This document shows positions 1-9,775 of a stretch of 64,000 bases of DNA, piece by piece. The DNA comes from an uncultured candidatus Porisulfidus sp. (lineage in GTDB: Bacteria > Pseudomonadota > Gammaproteobacteria > Poriferisulfidales > Poriferisulfidaceae): the NCBI GenBank assembly GCA_965204575.1, contig OZ241993.1, positions 288,001 through 352,000 on the forward strand, read 5' to 3'. A program made the position numbers and the translations under genes. The number at the start of each line of letters is the position of its first letter. The stretch's first letter is position 1. The notes below the pieces were generated by a model. That model did not search any database, was not told where the DNA came from, and was given only the letters and a program-made list of their open reading frames with translations.

Positions 1-54
1 ATGCTTGCAGAAGCCACCGCCCCCGGAAAACTCCATGGCCCCGCAATGCCGTGA
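1..54 (+). CDS. 3' end of an upstream gene, probably the antitoxin partner of the following PIN toxin (truncated by window edge)
   Basis: Open frame 1-54 ends in TGA overlapping the GTG start of the PIN gene (GTGA at 51-54), a typical TA coupling; identity is inferred from position only. Confidence 0.3.
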   Translation: MLAEATAPGKLHGPAMP

Positions 55-464
55 GCATCTTTGTGGACAGTTCGGCATGGTTTGCCGCTGCCGCCCGCGG
101 TGACCGGCATAACAGCCGCGCCAAGCAGCTTCTGGCAACAGACGAACCACTTGTCACCAGCGACCATGTGCTGGTTGAAACCTGGCGCCTGATCCACCAT
201 TTCATCTCAGCGAATGCGGCAGAGGCCTTTTGGAGCGGCCTTCGAAACGGTATCGCGATTGTTGAACAGACGACCAGCGCCGACCTCGAGGCCGCGTGGG
301 CAATTGGAGAGCATTTCCCTGATCAGAATTTCTCCCTTGTAGACCGCACTTCCTTTGCACTTATGGAACGACTTGGTATCACGTGCGTCATTGCATTCGA
401 TGATGATTTTTCGATCTTCAGGTACGGTCGCGGGCGTAAAACCGCATTCGAGGTATTAAGGTAA
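51..464 (+). CDS. vapC: PIN-domain (VapC-family) ribonuclease toxin
   Basis: N-terminal IFVDSSAW, LVET, FSLVDRTSFALM and AFDDDF acidic PIN motifs; 137 aa. Confidence 0.88.
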   Translation: MSIFVDSSAWFAAAARGDRHNSRAKQLLATDEPLVTSDHVLVETWRLIHHFISANAAEAFWSGLRNGIAIVEQTTSADLEAAWAIGEHFPDQNFSLVDRTSFALMERLGITCVIAFDDDFSIFRYGRGRKTAFEVLR

Positions 465-481
465 GACCTAGGGCTTTATAG

Positions 482-499
482 GATATACTGTGGCATATC
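482..499 (+). promoter_or_regulatory. -10 box and operator-like palindrome of vapBC
   Basis: TATACT at 484-489 nested in the inverted repeat GATAT-N8-ATATC (482-499); GGGAGGAG Shine-Dalgarno before ATG 515. Confidence 0.5.
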
Positions 500-514
500 A
501 CACGGGAGGAGATT

Positions 515-754
515 ATGCGTACCGCGAAGATTTTCAAAAACGGCCGCAGCCAAGCCGTCCGAATTCCCAAGGATTACGCTTTCGAGGGCGTAACCGAATT
601 GTCTGTGCGTAAGATTGGAGAAAAGCTGGTCCTGGAGCCTGCGAGGAAATCCTGGCTGACGCTGAATGACGACAGTGAACCGGTGGGCGATGATTTCCTG
701 GCTGACCGCCCGGATATTTTCGCTATCGAAGAAGACCGGGTGAAATTCAAATGA
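515..754 (+). CDS. vapB: AbrB/MazE-fold antitoxin (VapB/VagC type)
   Basis: MRTAKIFKNGRSQAVRIPK is the classic VapB N-terminus; ATGA overlap with the downstream toxin. Confidence 0.92.
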   Translation: MRTAKIFKNGRSQAVRIPKDYAFEGVTELSVRKIGEKLVLEPARKSWLTLNDDSEPVGDDFLADRPDIFAIEEDRVKFK

Positions 755-1164
755 TGTATATGCTGGATACCGACACCTGCAGCTACATCATGCGCCAGCA
801 CTCGCAATCGGTCGCAGAGACCCTGGAAGACAAAGCGAACCAGGGTCACCGTTTCTGCATCTCTGTCATCACCTACCAAGAGTTGAGGTTCGGCGCCGAA
901 TGCGTCGGTTCTTCGAAATACCACGCCCGGATTGATCAAGTCTGCAGGCGGCTGGACTCTGTGGCGGATTGGACGGTTGAGTGCGCAGACCAATTTGCCG
1001 TCATACAGGCATCATTGATGGCCAAAGGCGAATCGATCGGATTCGCTGATGCGATGGTTGCTTCTCATGCCTTGGTGCTTGATTCGATACTGGTCACCAA
1101 CAACCAACGTCATTTTTCCCGAGTGGAAGAGTTGCAACTGGAAAACTGGATTAGCCGCCATTAG
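751..1164 (+). CDS. vapC: VapC PIN-domain toxin
   Basis: YMLDTDTCSY, ISVITYQEL, DAMVASHA and LVTNNQRHFSRV motifs. Confidence 0.92.
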   Translation: MMYMLDTDTCSYIMRQHSQSVAETLEDKANQGHRFCISVITYQELRFGAECVGSSKYHARIDQVCRRLDSVADWTVECADQFAVIQASLMAKGESIGFADAMVASHALVLDSILVTNNQRHFSRVEELQLENWISRH

Positions 1165-1230
1165 ATTGCAACACAAGTGATGATTCCAGCACACCCAAAG
1201 TATAATTTGGGGTAGCCTCTCTTTTGAAAC

Positions 1231-1776
1231 ATGGCAAAACTTGAAGTCCTCCACTTCCCGGATCCGCGCCTGCGCACGGTGGCCGAGCCTGTTGCACAAG
1301 TGACGGATAAGACCCGGGAAATCGTCTCCGACATGCTGGAGACCATGTACGACGAATTCGGAATCGGCTTGGCGGCCGTGCAGGTCAACATTCCCCAACG
1401 CATCGTGGTGATCGATATGAGCGAGGATGGAAGCGAGCCGATGTGCTTGATTAACCCGGAGATAATCGAGGCCGAAGGCACCGAAGAGATGGAAGAGGGT
1501 TGTTTGTCTGTCCCGGAGTTCCGGGCACTGGTGCAGCGCGCCGAGAGAATCCGCTGCCGCGCCCTGAACGAGAACGGCGAAGAATTCGAAATCGAGACCG
1601 ACGGCCTTCTTGCGGTCTGCATCCAGCACGAAATCGACCACCTAAACGGAAAACTGTTCGTCGATTACCTCTCGCCGCTCAAGCGCGAACGCGTCGCTGA
1701 AAAACTGCGCAAAATGGCACGCGCCGGAGAGATCCCGAAACGGACCCGGCGGCCGGAGTCCTACGTTCACGCCTGA
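1231..1776 (+). CDS. def: peptide deformylase
   Basis: [14 protein letters not shown] and QHEIDHLNG motifs. Confidence 0.97.
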   Translation: MAKLEVLHFPDPRLRTVAEPVAQVTDKTREIVSDMLETMYDEFGIGLAAVQVNIPQRIVVIDMSEDGSEPMCLINPEIIEAEGTEEMEEGCLSVPEFRALVQRAERIRCRALNENGEEFEIETDGLLAVCIQHEIDHLNGKLFVDYLSPLKRERVAEKLRKMARAGEIPKRTRRPESYVHA

Positions 1777-2719
1777 TTCCCCTGCTGCTGCACCCCTGCG
1801 GCTGATTTTCGCCGGCAGCGGATCGTTCGCCGCCATCGCACTTGAACGCTTGCAAGCCAGCGGCCACACCCTCTGCGCGGTACTGTCGCAGCCGGACCGG
1901 CCAGCGGGCCGACGCCTGCAGTTGCGCCCCACTCCCGTCTCGGAAATCGCCCTGGCTTCGCACCTGCCGCTGCTGCGGCCGGACTCATTGGACTCTTCGG
2001 TACGCGATGAACTGGCATTGCACCGTGCCGATGCCCTGGTGGTGGCGGATTTCGGGCGGCTGATCCCCGAGTCCTGGCTCTGGCTGTGTCCGGGCGGCAG
2101 CCTGAACATCCACGCGTCACTGCTGCCCCGATGGCGCGGAGCGGCCCCGATTGCGCGCGCGATCGAAGCCGGCGATCCCGCTGGCGGCTGTACGCTCATG
2201 CTCATGGATGCGGGTCTGGACACCGGCGACATCCTGGCCCAGGAATCTTTTTCTTTCGCTCCCGACGAAACCGCAGCCTCGGCCCAGGACCGGCTGGCCC
2301 CGTTGGGTACCGAGCTGCTGCTGCGGTACTTGTCCGATTTCGACCCAAAACACCCATCACGACAGCCGCAGGACGAGACACGAGCCTGCTACGCACCGGC
2401 GCTGCGCAAGGACGAAGCTCCCATCGGCTGGCACGACCCGGCCGACCGGATCGCCGCCAAGATCCGCGCCTTCAATCCCCGTCCGGTTGCCACCACGCGG
2501 TGCGGTGACGAAACCCTGCGCCTGTGGCAAGCCCAGGCCCATGCAATGCAAACCGCCGAACCGGCAGGCAAGGTGCTGCGTTGTGACCGGACCGGCCTGT
2601 GGGTTGCATGCGGCGAAGGGCAAGTGCAGGTCGCCGAACTGCAGCGGGCCGGGGGTCGGAGAATGTCCGCGCAGGACTTCTGCAATGCCCGCCCCCTGGC
2701 CGGCTCGCAACTTGCATGA
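1769..2719 (+). CDS. fmt: methionyl-tRNA formyltransferase (start uncertain: ACG 1769 or CTG 1796; first standard codon is TTG 1850)
   Basis: [25 protein letters not shown] and MDAGLDTGD motifs; conserved N-terminal LRLIFAGS lies in frame at 1796, upstream of the ORF-track start; follows def. Confidence 0.93.
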   Translation, partial: TPDSPAAAPLRLIFAGSGSFAAIALERLQASGHTLCAVLSQPDRPAGRRLQLRPTPVSEIALASHLPLLRPDSLDSSVRDELALHRADALVVADFGRLIPESWLWLCPGGSLNIHASLLPRWRGAAPIARAIEAGDPAGGCTLMLMDAGLDTGDILAQESFSFAPDETAASAQDRLAPLGTELLLRYLSDFDPKHPSRQPQDETRACYAPALRKDEAPIGWHDPADRIAAKIRAFNPRPVATTRCGDETLRLWQAQAHAMQTAEPAGKVLRCDRTGLWVACGEGQVQVAELQRAGGRRMSAQDFCNARPLAGSQLA

Positions 2720-2768
2720 CAGAATCCCACAGTTAAACTACTGGAAGTTTAGACCTCGAGAAATCCCC

Positions 2769-3320
2769 ATGCGCGCATTCTGGCTCTCGCTGCCGCTGTT
2801 CGGCATGCTGCTGTGCATCAGCCCGGCCCAGGCAGAGCTGACCCTGATCTCCGCCAAAAGCCATCAGTCTGCGCAAACCGTGCTGCTGGACCTCGAGGTG
2901 AAAATCGACGATGCCGACTCCGAAATCCCGCGCGCGCTTCTGCGCGGCGAAGTCTGGCTGGAGGTCGAGATCACCCTGATGCAGAAACGCCGCCTGCTCG
3001 GCCACCAGCCGGTCGGCCGCCTCCACCTCCTCCAACGCCTCTCGTACGATCCTCTGCACAACGTCTACCATGTCACCCGCGTCAATCAGCAGGAGGAGCA
3101 GGCATTCACGAGTCTGGCCGAAGCCCTGGCCCGGCTTCGGGTGCTGGATGCCATCCCGGTCACGCGTCTCGACTGGCTTCTGCCGGAACTTGAGCAGTAC
3201 CAGGGCGAAGTGCGCGCGCGTCTCTATGCCAACCCGATGCCGATGGCGCCTTCGGTCGGGCTGGCACGAAGCGAGCCCTTGGACTGGCAAAGCGGAACGG
3301 TTCCATGGCTCCTGCCCTGA
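2769..3320 (+). CDS. DUF4390-like exported protein
   Basis: Signal peptide MRAFWLSLPLFGMLLCISPAQA; LSYDPL...YHV and SLAEAL segments; usual position immediately upstream of the ntrY-like kinase. Confidence 0.72.
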   Translation: MRAFWLSLPLFGMLLCISPAQAELTLISAKSHQSAQTVLLDLEVKIDDADSEIPRALLRGEVWLEVEITLMQKRRLLGHQPVGRLHLLQRLSYDPLHNVYHVTRVNQQEEQAFTSLAEALARLRVLDAIPVTRLDWLLPELEQYQGEVRARLYANPMPMAPSVGLARSEPLDWQSGTVPWLLP

Positions 3321-5572
3321 GATGGTTCCTGACCGGCCCTTGGCCGGTCATCGGCATGTTCCTGCTGCTGGCCGGTTCATTGGCCATCATGGCCGAGGCC
3401 ACGCAGAGTTCGGGCCATTTCCACCGGTGGCAATGGTGGGTGGCCAGCTTCAACGGCGTGCTGGCCTTGGCGCTCCTGGCATTGATTGGTCTCAGCCTTT
3501 CCCGTCTGATTCGGAGACTGCACCGCCGCGAGGCTGGATCGCGCCTGTCGCTGCGCATGACGGCCATGTTCGCCAGCTTCACATTGATTCCGACCGCCAT
3601 GGTGTTCTTGTTTTCGGTGTGGCTGATCTCCAGCGGCATCGACAGCTGGTTCGACGTGGGAGTCGATGACACCCTGAGCAAGGCATTGGAATTAAGCCGG
3701 ACCTCGGTCGACATGCAAATGCGGGAGCGACGCTCGCAAGTGGAGCGTCTATTGCAGGAGCCCATTGATGTCAGCGACCCCGAAGCCATGGTCGTACGCA
3801 TGCATGACCTGGTGGTCCAGACGGGCGCGCTGGAAGCGACGTTGCTGGATTCCAGCAACAAAATCATCGCCTCCCAGGGAGAAGTGCCGGACATCCTGCC
3901 GGATCTGCCGGGCGAAGCCCAGCTCCAATTGCTGCAGGAAAGCGAGGAAAGCGGCTTTTACATGGCTCAGGAAGAACACCCGGATCACGGCACCATTGTC
4001 CGCATCCTGATGCAGGTTCCAGCATTGCGTCGGGAGCTGCCTTTCACGGATCAGGAGCTGCCCCTGACCCTGAACCAGGAGCTGCCCCTGACCCTGGACC
4101 GGGAGATGCCCCTGACGACTCAGGAACTGTCCCTGACCCTGCAGATCCTGTACCCGGTGTCCGAGTACATGCTCGGCCTGACCGGCAGCGTCGAAAAAGC
4201 CTCCGTCACCTACCAATCACTCCTGGAACAGCGCACCCCCCTGAAATACAACCTCACCTTCGTGATGGCCCTGGCGGTCCTGTTGGGGCTCCTGTTCGCG
4301 ATGTGGGCCGCCCTGTTCTCGGCACAGCGGATCCTGTCGCCGATCTCGGAACTCGCACGCGGCATCGAGGCCGTGGCGGTCGGCGAATACAGCCAGCGCC
4401 TCCCGGCCGGGCGGCGCGATGAACTGGGCCAACTGGTGCATTCCTACAATGACATGATCGAGCGCCTCGCCAACGCCCGATACGTGGCGGAGACCCAGCG
4501 CCTGACCATCGAGGAGCAACATACCTACCTGCATACGGTCCTGGAGCACTTGTCCTCCGGAGTCATCAGCGTGGATGACCGCAACGAGGTGATTACCGCC
4601 AACCATGCCGCTGGCTCCATCCTGGATCTGGACATCGAACGCTATCTCCGACAGCCCCTCTCGGCTCTGCGCGAGGAGCATCCCCAGCTTGAACCGCTGT
4701 GGAACCTGATGGACCACCAGCAGTACAGCATTACCGAACTCAGGCGGCAATTGCAGATCAACGACGAACTGAAGGTGCTCCACTGCCATGGCGCACAGTT
4801 GCCGAAGGGTGCGGGCTACGTGGTGGTATTCGAGGACATTACGGACCTGCAGCAAGCGCAACGCCAGGCCGCCTGGGGCGAGGTGGCCCGGCGGCTGGCC
4901 CACGAAATCAAGAACCCGTTGACCCCCATCCGCCTGTCGGCGGAACGAATGCAACACCGCATCCAGCCCAGTCTCGCCGCGGAGGATTCCGAGATCCTGC
5001 AACGTGCCACGCAAACCATCGTGCGGCAGGTGGAGTCGATGAAAACCATGATCGACGAATTCAGCGAGTATTCTGCCGACCGCTTCACGCCGGAGTTGTT
5101 GGACCTGAATGCCCTGAGTATGGAGGTGCTTGGTTTATATGAAGAGGATCGACCGAAAATTTCCATCCGGACCGAGTTGAGCGAAGTCCCTTCCTGGATC
5201 CAGGGAGACCCGGACCGCATACGCCAGCTGCTGCACAACCTCATCAAAAATGCACTGGAAGCACAAGAGGAACAGGCGGAAGGAACCATCATCCTGAGTA
5301 CGGGAATACAGGAGAACACGGTGACACTGAAAGTGCGGGATACCGGACCCGGCTTTGCCCCAGAGATCATCGCCCGGGCATTCGAACCGTATGTCACCAC
5401 CAAACCCACCGGAAACGGGCTCGGGCTTGCCGTCGTGTACCGGATTACAGAGGATCATCAGGGGCGGATTCGCGTATACAATGACCCAACGGGAGGCGGG
5501 TGCGTAGAAGTCGAGTTCAACGCATCCCCGCAGCCTCCGCAAGAAGTTCAGAGTCCAGCAGCCGTGGCATGA
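3305..5572 (+). CDS. ntrY: NtrY-like sensor histidine kinase (TM, HAMP, PAS, HisKA, HATPase)
   Basis: SSGIDSWFD, HAMP (DELGQLVHSYNDM), AWGEVARRLAHEIKNPLTPIRLSAER, NLIKNA, DTGPG and GNGLGL motifs. Confidence 0.9.
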   Translation: MAPALRWFLTGPWPVIGMFLLLAGSLAIMAEATQSSGHFHRWQWWVASFNGVLALALLALIGLSLSRLIRRLHRREAGSRLSLRMTAMFASFTLIPTAMVFLFSVWLISSGIDSWFDVGVDDTLSKALELSRTSVDMQMRERRSQVERLLQEPIDVSDPEAMVVRMHDLVVQTGALEATLLDSSNKIIASQGEVPDILPDLPGEAQLQLLQESEESGFYMAQEEHPDHGTIVRILMQVPALRRELPFTDQELPLTLNQELPLTLDREMPLTTQELSLTLQILYPVSEYMLGLTGSVEKASVTYQSLLEQRTPLKYNLTFVMALAVLLGLLFAMWAALFSAQRILSPISELARGIEAVAVGEYSQRLPAGRRDELGQLVHSYNDMIERLANARYVAETQRLTIEEQHTYLHTVLEHLSSGVISVDDRNEVITANHAAGSILDLDIERYLRQPLSALREEHPQLEPLWNLMDHQQYSITELRRQLQINDELKVLHCHGAQLPKGAGYVVVFEDITDLQQAQRQAAWGEVARRLAHEIKNPLTPIRLSAERMQHRIQPSLAAEDSEILQRATQTIVRQVESMKTMIDEFSEYSADRFTPELLDLNALSMEVLGLYEEDRPKISIRTELSEVPSWIQGDPDRIRQLLHNLIKNALEAQEEQAEGTIILSTGIQENTVTLKVRDTGPGFAPEIIARAFEPYVTTKPTGNGLGLAVVYRITEDHQGRIRVYNDPTGGGCVEVEFNASPQPPQEVQSPAAVA
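4031..4144 (+). repeat. in-frame tandem repeat of five 21/24-nt units in ntrY
   Basis: Units cgggagctgcctttcacggat / caggagctgcccctgaccctgaac / caggagctgcccctgaccctggac / cgggagatgcccctgacgact / caggaactgtccctgaccctgcag, encoding (R/Q)ELPLT(L)x. Confidence 0.9.
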
Positions 5573-6918
5573 GTCGTGAAACCATCCTGATCATCGACGA
5601 CGAGTCCGATATCCGGGCTCAGATCCGGGACATTCTGTCCGACCACGGTTATCGGATCCTGCAAGCCGACTCCGCTTCTGTCGCCCGCAAGCTCGTGCGC
5701 CAACAATCCGTGGACCTGGCATTGCTGGACATCTGGATGCCGGGCGAAGACGGGATGAGTTTGCTCAGGTCGTGGCGCCACGACGACACCCCGGAGTTCC
5801 CGATCCTGATGATGTCCGGGCACGGCAACGTCGAAACCGCGTTGGAAGCCACCCGACTGGGGGCCTGGCATTACCTGGAAAAGCCTTTCGCGATGGACAA
5901 ACTATTGCTCAGCGTTTCGCGGGCACTGGAAACCTACCGCCTGCGCCGGCAAAACCGGGCCCTGTCCAAGGATTCTGCGGCGACCGAGCAGTTGGTCGGC
6001 GACAGCCCAGAAATCCGGCGACTTCGGGAACAAGCACAGGCGTTCGGCGACGACGGCAACCCGGTCCTGATCCTCGGCGAGCCGGGCTGCGAATTTCTGG
6101 CGCTCGCCAACCACATTCACTACAACGGCGTTCGCCATCACTGGCAGCTCGTCATCGGCAGCGGACAGAACCTGAATCAGCGCCTGCTGGAAGAGACCGC
6201 CGGCAACGGCACCTGCCTGCTGCTCGAAGCGCACGGGGGCACGCTGTTCATGAATCCACTGGACCAATTGACGATCAAAACGCAGAGGCGCTTGCTGTCA
6301 GTGCTTGAAAACCACCATCTCCTCCAAGCAAATGGCACCGCCACGCCGATTGACGTACAGCTCATCGCCACCCTGCACCAGAGGCCCGAAGCCGCGCTGG
6401 CCTCGAACATCCTGGATCCCTCGCTGTATGCCCAGTTGGCGCCCTACACCTTGACTCTTCCGCCCTTGCGCGAACGGACCCAAGATATCCCGGAACTGGT
6501 CGAGCACTATGCCGCCCGTTACTGCACGCGTGAAAACCTGCCCATGCGCAGTTTTCCGCCCAGCGTGATGGAAACGCTGCGCAAATACGACTGGCCGGAC
6601 AACGTGCACGAGTTGCGCCGCCTGGTCTATCAACTCCTGATCAGCGGCGACGGGGCCAAGGTCGGACTGACGGAAATCAATCACCTGCTCCATCCGGTGC
6701 CGCAGGCCGATGCTCCCCCCGGAGGACTGGAAAACCTGATGGCCTTGCCGTACCGGGAAGCCCGCACCCGGTTCGAGCAGATGTATTACCAGTTTCAGAT
6801 CGAGCAAAGCGGCGGCAGCATGAAACGGCTGTCCGACAGCACCCACATGGAGCGGACCTACCTCTACAGGAAGTTGCGCGATCTTGGCATCGAACGCCCG
6901 CGGGAATCCTCTTCTTGA
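5569..6918 (+). CDS. ntrX: NtrX-like response regulator (REC, degenerate AAA+, Fis-type HTH)
   Basis: ILIIDDE, LLDIWMPGEDG, MMSGHG, LEKP, WPDNVHEL and MERTYLYRKL motifs; ATG 5569 overlaps the ntrY stop. Confidence 0.88.
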   Translation: MSRETILIIDDESDIRAQIRDILSDHGYRILQADSASVARKLVRQQSVDLALLDIWMPGEDGMSLLRSWRHDDTPEFPILMMSGHGNVETALEATRLGAWHYLEKPFAMDKLLLSVSRALETYRLRRQNRALSKDSAATEQLVGDSPEIRRLREQAQAFGDDGNPVLILGEPGCEFLALANHIHYNGVRHHWQLVIGSGQNLNQRLLEETAGNGTCLLLEAHGGTLFMNPLDQLTIKTQRRLLSVLENHHLLQANGTATPIDVQLIATLHQRPEAALASNILDPSLYAQLAPYTLTLPPLRERTQDIPELVEHYAARYCTRENLPMRSFPPSVMETLRKYDWPDNVHELRRLVYQLLISGDGAKVGLTEINHLLHPVPQADAPPGGLENLMALPYREARTRFEQMYYQFQIEQSGGSMKRLSDSTHMERTYLYRKLRDLGIERPRESSS

Positions 6919-6943
6919 GCGGGGCCCGGACTTTTCCTGACAC

Positions 6944-8305
6944 ATGAAGATCATCATCCTCGGGGCAGGCCGGATCGGCAGTTCGCTGGCGATCGGGCTG
7001 GCGCAGGAAAACAACGAGATCACGCTGATCGACCTGGAAGAGCAGAACCTGAGACACGTCAGTAGCCGCGTGGACCTGCGAACCCTGTCCGGCAACGGCG
7101 CGCATCCCAATATCCTGCAGCAGGCCGGCGCCGAAGATGCCGACATGCTGGTGGCGCTGACCAAGAGCGACGAAGTCAACATGATCGCCTGCCAAGTCGC
7201 CTACAGCCTGTTCAACACGCCCCAGCGGATCGCCCGGGTGCGGGCCGCGGAATACCTGACGCAAGGCAACCTGTTCATGACGGAGGCCCTGCCGATCGAT
7301 GTCCTGATCAGCCCGGAGCAGATTGCCGCACGCAACGTCGAACGGCTGATCCGCCGCCCCGGCGCATTGCAGGTGCTGGAGTTCGCGGACGGCCTGGTGC
7401 AACTCGCCGTGGTGCGCATCTCGCCCGGCGCCCCTGCTGCCGGGCGGAACCTGCTTGACCTGCAACACAGCGTCCCCGACGTCCAGTTGCATGTCGCCGC
7501 CATCTACCGCGACCAGCAGGTCCTGAAGCCGGAGCCCGAACTGCGCCTCAAGGCCCATGACGAAATCGTCATGCTCACTCGCACGGATCAACTCAACACC
7601 GTCGTGGAGAAACTGAGAGCCCAGCCCGGCCGGAGCCGTCACATCCTGATCGCAGGCGGGGGGAATGTCGGCCACGGCATCGCGGCACAACTGGAATCGG
7701 ACTGCCACGTCAAGGTCATCGAGCACAATGAGTACCGTGCACGTTACCTGTCGGAGCAGTTGGCCCGGACGACCGTGCTGCAGGGAGATGCGACTGATGA
7801 CAAGTTGCTGCTGGACGAGAATATCCGGGACATGGACGTGTTCTGCGCGGTGACCAACAACGAGGAGGCCAACATCCTGTCGGCCATGCAGGCCAAGCGC
7901 ATGGGGGTCTCCACCACGATCGCCCTGATCAACCGCCCTTCCTACATCGACCTGATCGAACGTTCCATCGACATCGCGGTCTCCCCCCAGCAGGCCACGC
8001 TGAGCGAATTGCTGACGCACATTCGGCGCGGCGACGTCCTGGCCGTGCATTCGCTGCGGCGCGGGCGCGCGGAAGCGCTGGAAGCCAAGGCCCACCAAAC
8101 GGCCGCAGCGATCGGGCAACCGATCGGCCAACTCAATTTGCCCACGAGTGTCGACATCGCCGCGCTGGTCCGCAATGGCGAAATGATCCTGCCGAACACG
8201 CTCACCACGATCCAGCCCGACGACCACGTCATCCTGTTCATCAGCGACAAGCGGTACCTTAAGGATGTCGAACGGCTGTTCCAGGTCAGCGCCACGTTCT
8301 TCTAA
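6944..8305 (+). CDS. trkA: Trk potassium uptake NAD-binding subunit
   Basis: MKIIILGAGRIG, second Rossmann motif IAGGGNVG, VHSLRRGRAEALE and the LFQVSATFF C-terminus. Confidence 0.96.
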   Translation: MKIIILGAGRIGSSLAIGLAQENNEITLIDLEEQNLRHVSSRVDLRTLSGNGAHPNILQQAGAEDADMLVALTKSDEVNMIACQVAYSLFNTPQRIARVRAAEYLTQGNLFMTEALPIDVLISPEQIAARNVERLIRRPGALQVLEFADGLVQLAVVRISPGAPAAGRNLLDLQHSVPDVQLHVAAIYRDQQVLKPEPELRLKAHDEIVMLTRTDQLNTVVEKLRAQPGRSRHILIAGGGNVGHGIAAQLESDCHVKVIEHNEYRARYLSEQLARTTVLQGDATDDKLLLDENIRDMDVFCAVTNNEEANILSAMQAKRMGVSTTIALINRPSYIDLIERSIDIAVSPQQATLSELLTHIRRGDVLAVHSLRRGRAEALEAKAHQTAAAIGQPIGQLNLPTSVDIAALVRNGEMILPNTLTTIQPDDHVILFISDKRYLKDVERLFQVSATFF

Positions 8306-8308
8306 TCC

Positions 8309-9775
8309 ATGCCTGTCCAATACCGGGTTGTCCAGCGCCTGCTTGGCTACCTGCTGACTTTCTTCAGCCTCGGCATGCTGCCGCCCTTGGCCCTGAGCCT
8401 GATCCTGGGCGACGGCGAGGCCTTTTCGTTCCTGTACGCATTCTTCCTGCTGTTCCTCCTTGGCACCGCCTTGTGGGTCCAGGCGGCGCACCGTGCGCAC
8501 CGCCGGCAGCCACTGCGGCTGCGCGACGGATTCGTTGTGGTCTCGTTGTTCTGGATCGGCTTGGGACTGGCCGGCTCCATCCCCCTGTATATCTCGCCTT
8601 CCCTCCAACTCAGCGGAACCGATGCCGTGTTCGAGGCAGTCTCGGGACTGACCACGACCGGTGCAACCGTGCTGACAGGCCTGGACGACATGTCTCCCTC
8701 CATCCTGTTCTACCGCCAATTCCTGCAGTGGGCCGGCGGTCTCGGCATCATCGTGCTGGCCGTCGCGATCCTGCCCCTAGTCGGCATGGGCGGCGTGCAA
8801 CTGTACCAGGCCGAGGCACCGCATTCCCTGACCGAGCGGCGCCTGACCCCGCGCATCACCGAAACGGCCAAGGTCCTGTGGTATCTGTACTTCGCGCTGA
8901 CCGCCGCCTGCGGGCTCGCATACTGGGCCGCCGGCATGAGCCCGCTGGATGCCGCCGGCCACGCATTCTCCACCATCGCCATCGGTGGGTTTTCCACCCA
9001 CGACGCGAATTTCGGCTATTTCGACAGCGCCCTGATCGAGATGATCGCGGTTGTCTTCATGATCCTCGCGGGGGCGAACTTCGGCCTGCACTACCTCGCC
9101 CTGAGCCGGCGCAGCCTGCAGCCGTACCGCCAGAACGGCGAATTCCGGGGCTACGTCACGGTCCTGGCTTCCGTGGGAGTCATCTGCATTGGCTACCTGT
9201 GGGCCACCTCCTTCTATGGCGATTCCGTCGAAACCCTGCGCCATGGGCTATTCCAGGCCGTGTCAATCGCCACCACCACCGGCTATACCACCACCGGCTA
9301 CGATCACTGGCCCGTGTTCGCCTCCACGTTGCTGTTGCTTGCCAGCTTCATCGGCGGCTGTGCCGGCTCGACCGGCGGCGGCATGAAAGTCATTCGCTTC
9401 CTGTTGATGGTCAAGCATGGCGGAAAGGAACTGTACCGGATCATTCATCCAACCGCGCAGGTCACGGTTCGAGTCGGCGACCGTGTGATATCGCAAAGCG
9501 CCCTGCAATCGGTTTGGGGGTTTTTCGCCGCCTACATCACCACGTTCACCGTTCTCTTCCTGTTGCTGACGATGACCGGCCTGGATCAGGTCAGCGCATT
9601 CTCGGCAGTTGCCGCGACCCTCAACAACCTGGGCCCCGGACTCGGGGAAGTCAGCCAGAACTACGCTTCCGTCAGCGACTTCGGCAAGTGGCTGTTGTGC
9701 GCCAGCATGGTCTTCGGCCGCCTGGAGGTCTTCACTCTGCTGGTGATCCTGACTCCGGGCTTCTGGCGCCGCTAG
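8309..9775 (+). CDS. trkH: Trk potassium uptake membrane subunit
   Basis: FEAVSGLTTTGAT, STIAIGGFS, TTTGY, GSTGGG, NNLGPG and GRLE pore motifs. Confidence 0.96.
   Translation: MPVQYRVVQRLLGYLLTFFSLGMLPPLALSLILGDGEAFSFLYAFFLLFLLGTALWVQAAHRAHRRQPLRLRDGFVVVSLFWIGLGLAGSIPLYISPSLQLSGTDAVFEAVSGLTTTGATVLTGLDDMSPSILFYRQFLQWAGGLGIIVLAVAILPLVGMGGVQLYQAEAPHSLTERRLTPRITETAKVLWYLYFALTAACGLAYWAAGMSPLDAAGHAFSTIAIGGFSTHDANFGYFDSALIEMIAVVFMILAGANFGLHYLALSRRSLQPYRQNGEFRGYVTVLASVGVICIGYLWATSFYGDSVETLRHGLFQAVSIATTTGYTTTGYDHWPVFASTLLLLASFIGGCAGSTGGGMKVIRFLLMVKHGGKELYRIIHPTAQVTVRVGDRVISQSALQSVWGFFAAYITTFTVLFLLLTMTGLDQVSAFSAVAATLNNLGPGLGEVSQNYASVSDFGKWLLCASMVFGRLEVFTLLVILTPGFWRR

Noticed and set aside
6677-8719. 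680-aa minus-strand ORF (and similar long antisense ORFs such as 47135..48904, 21653..23116, 31087..32055)
   Set aside because: Antisense shadows of well-supported genes (trkA/trkH, fwdA, dsbD, parC) caused by GC-rich codon bias; no protein motifs
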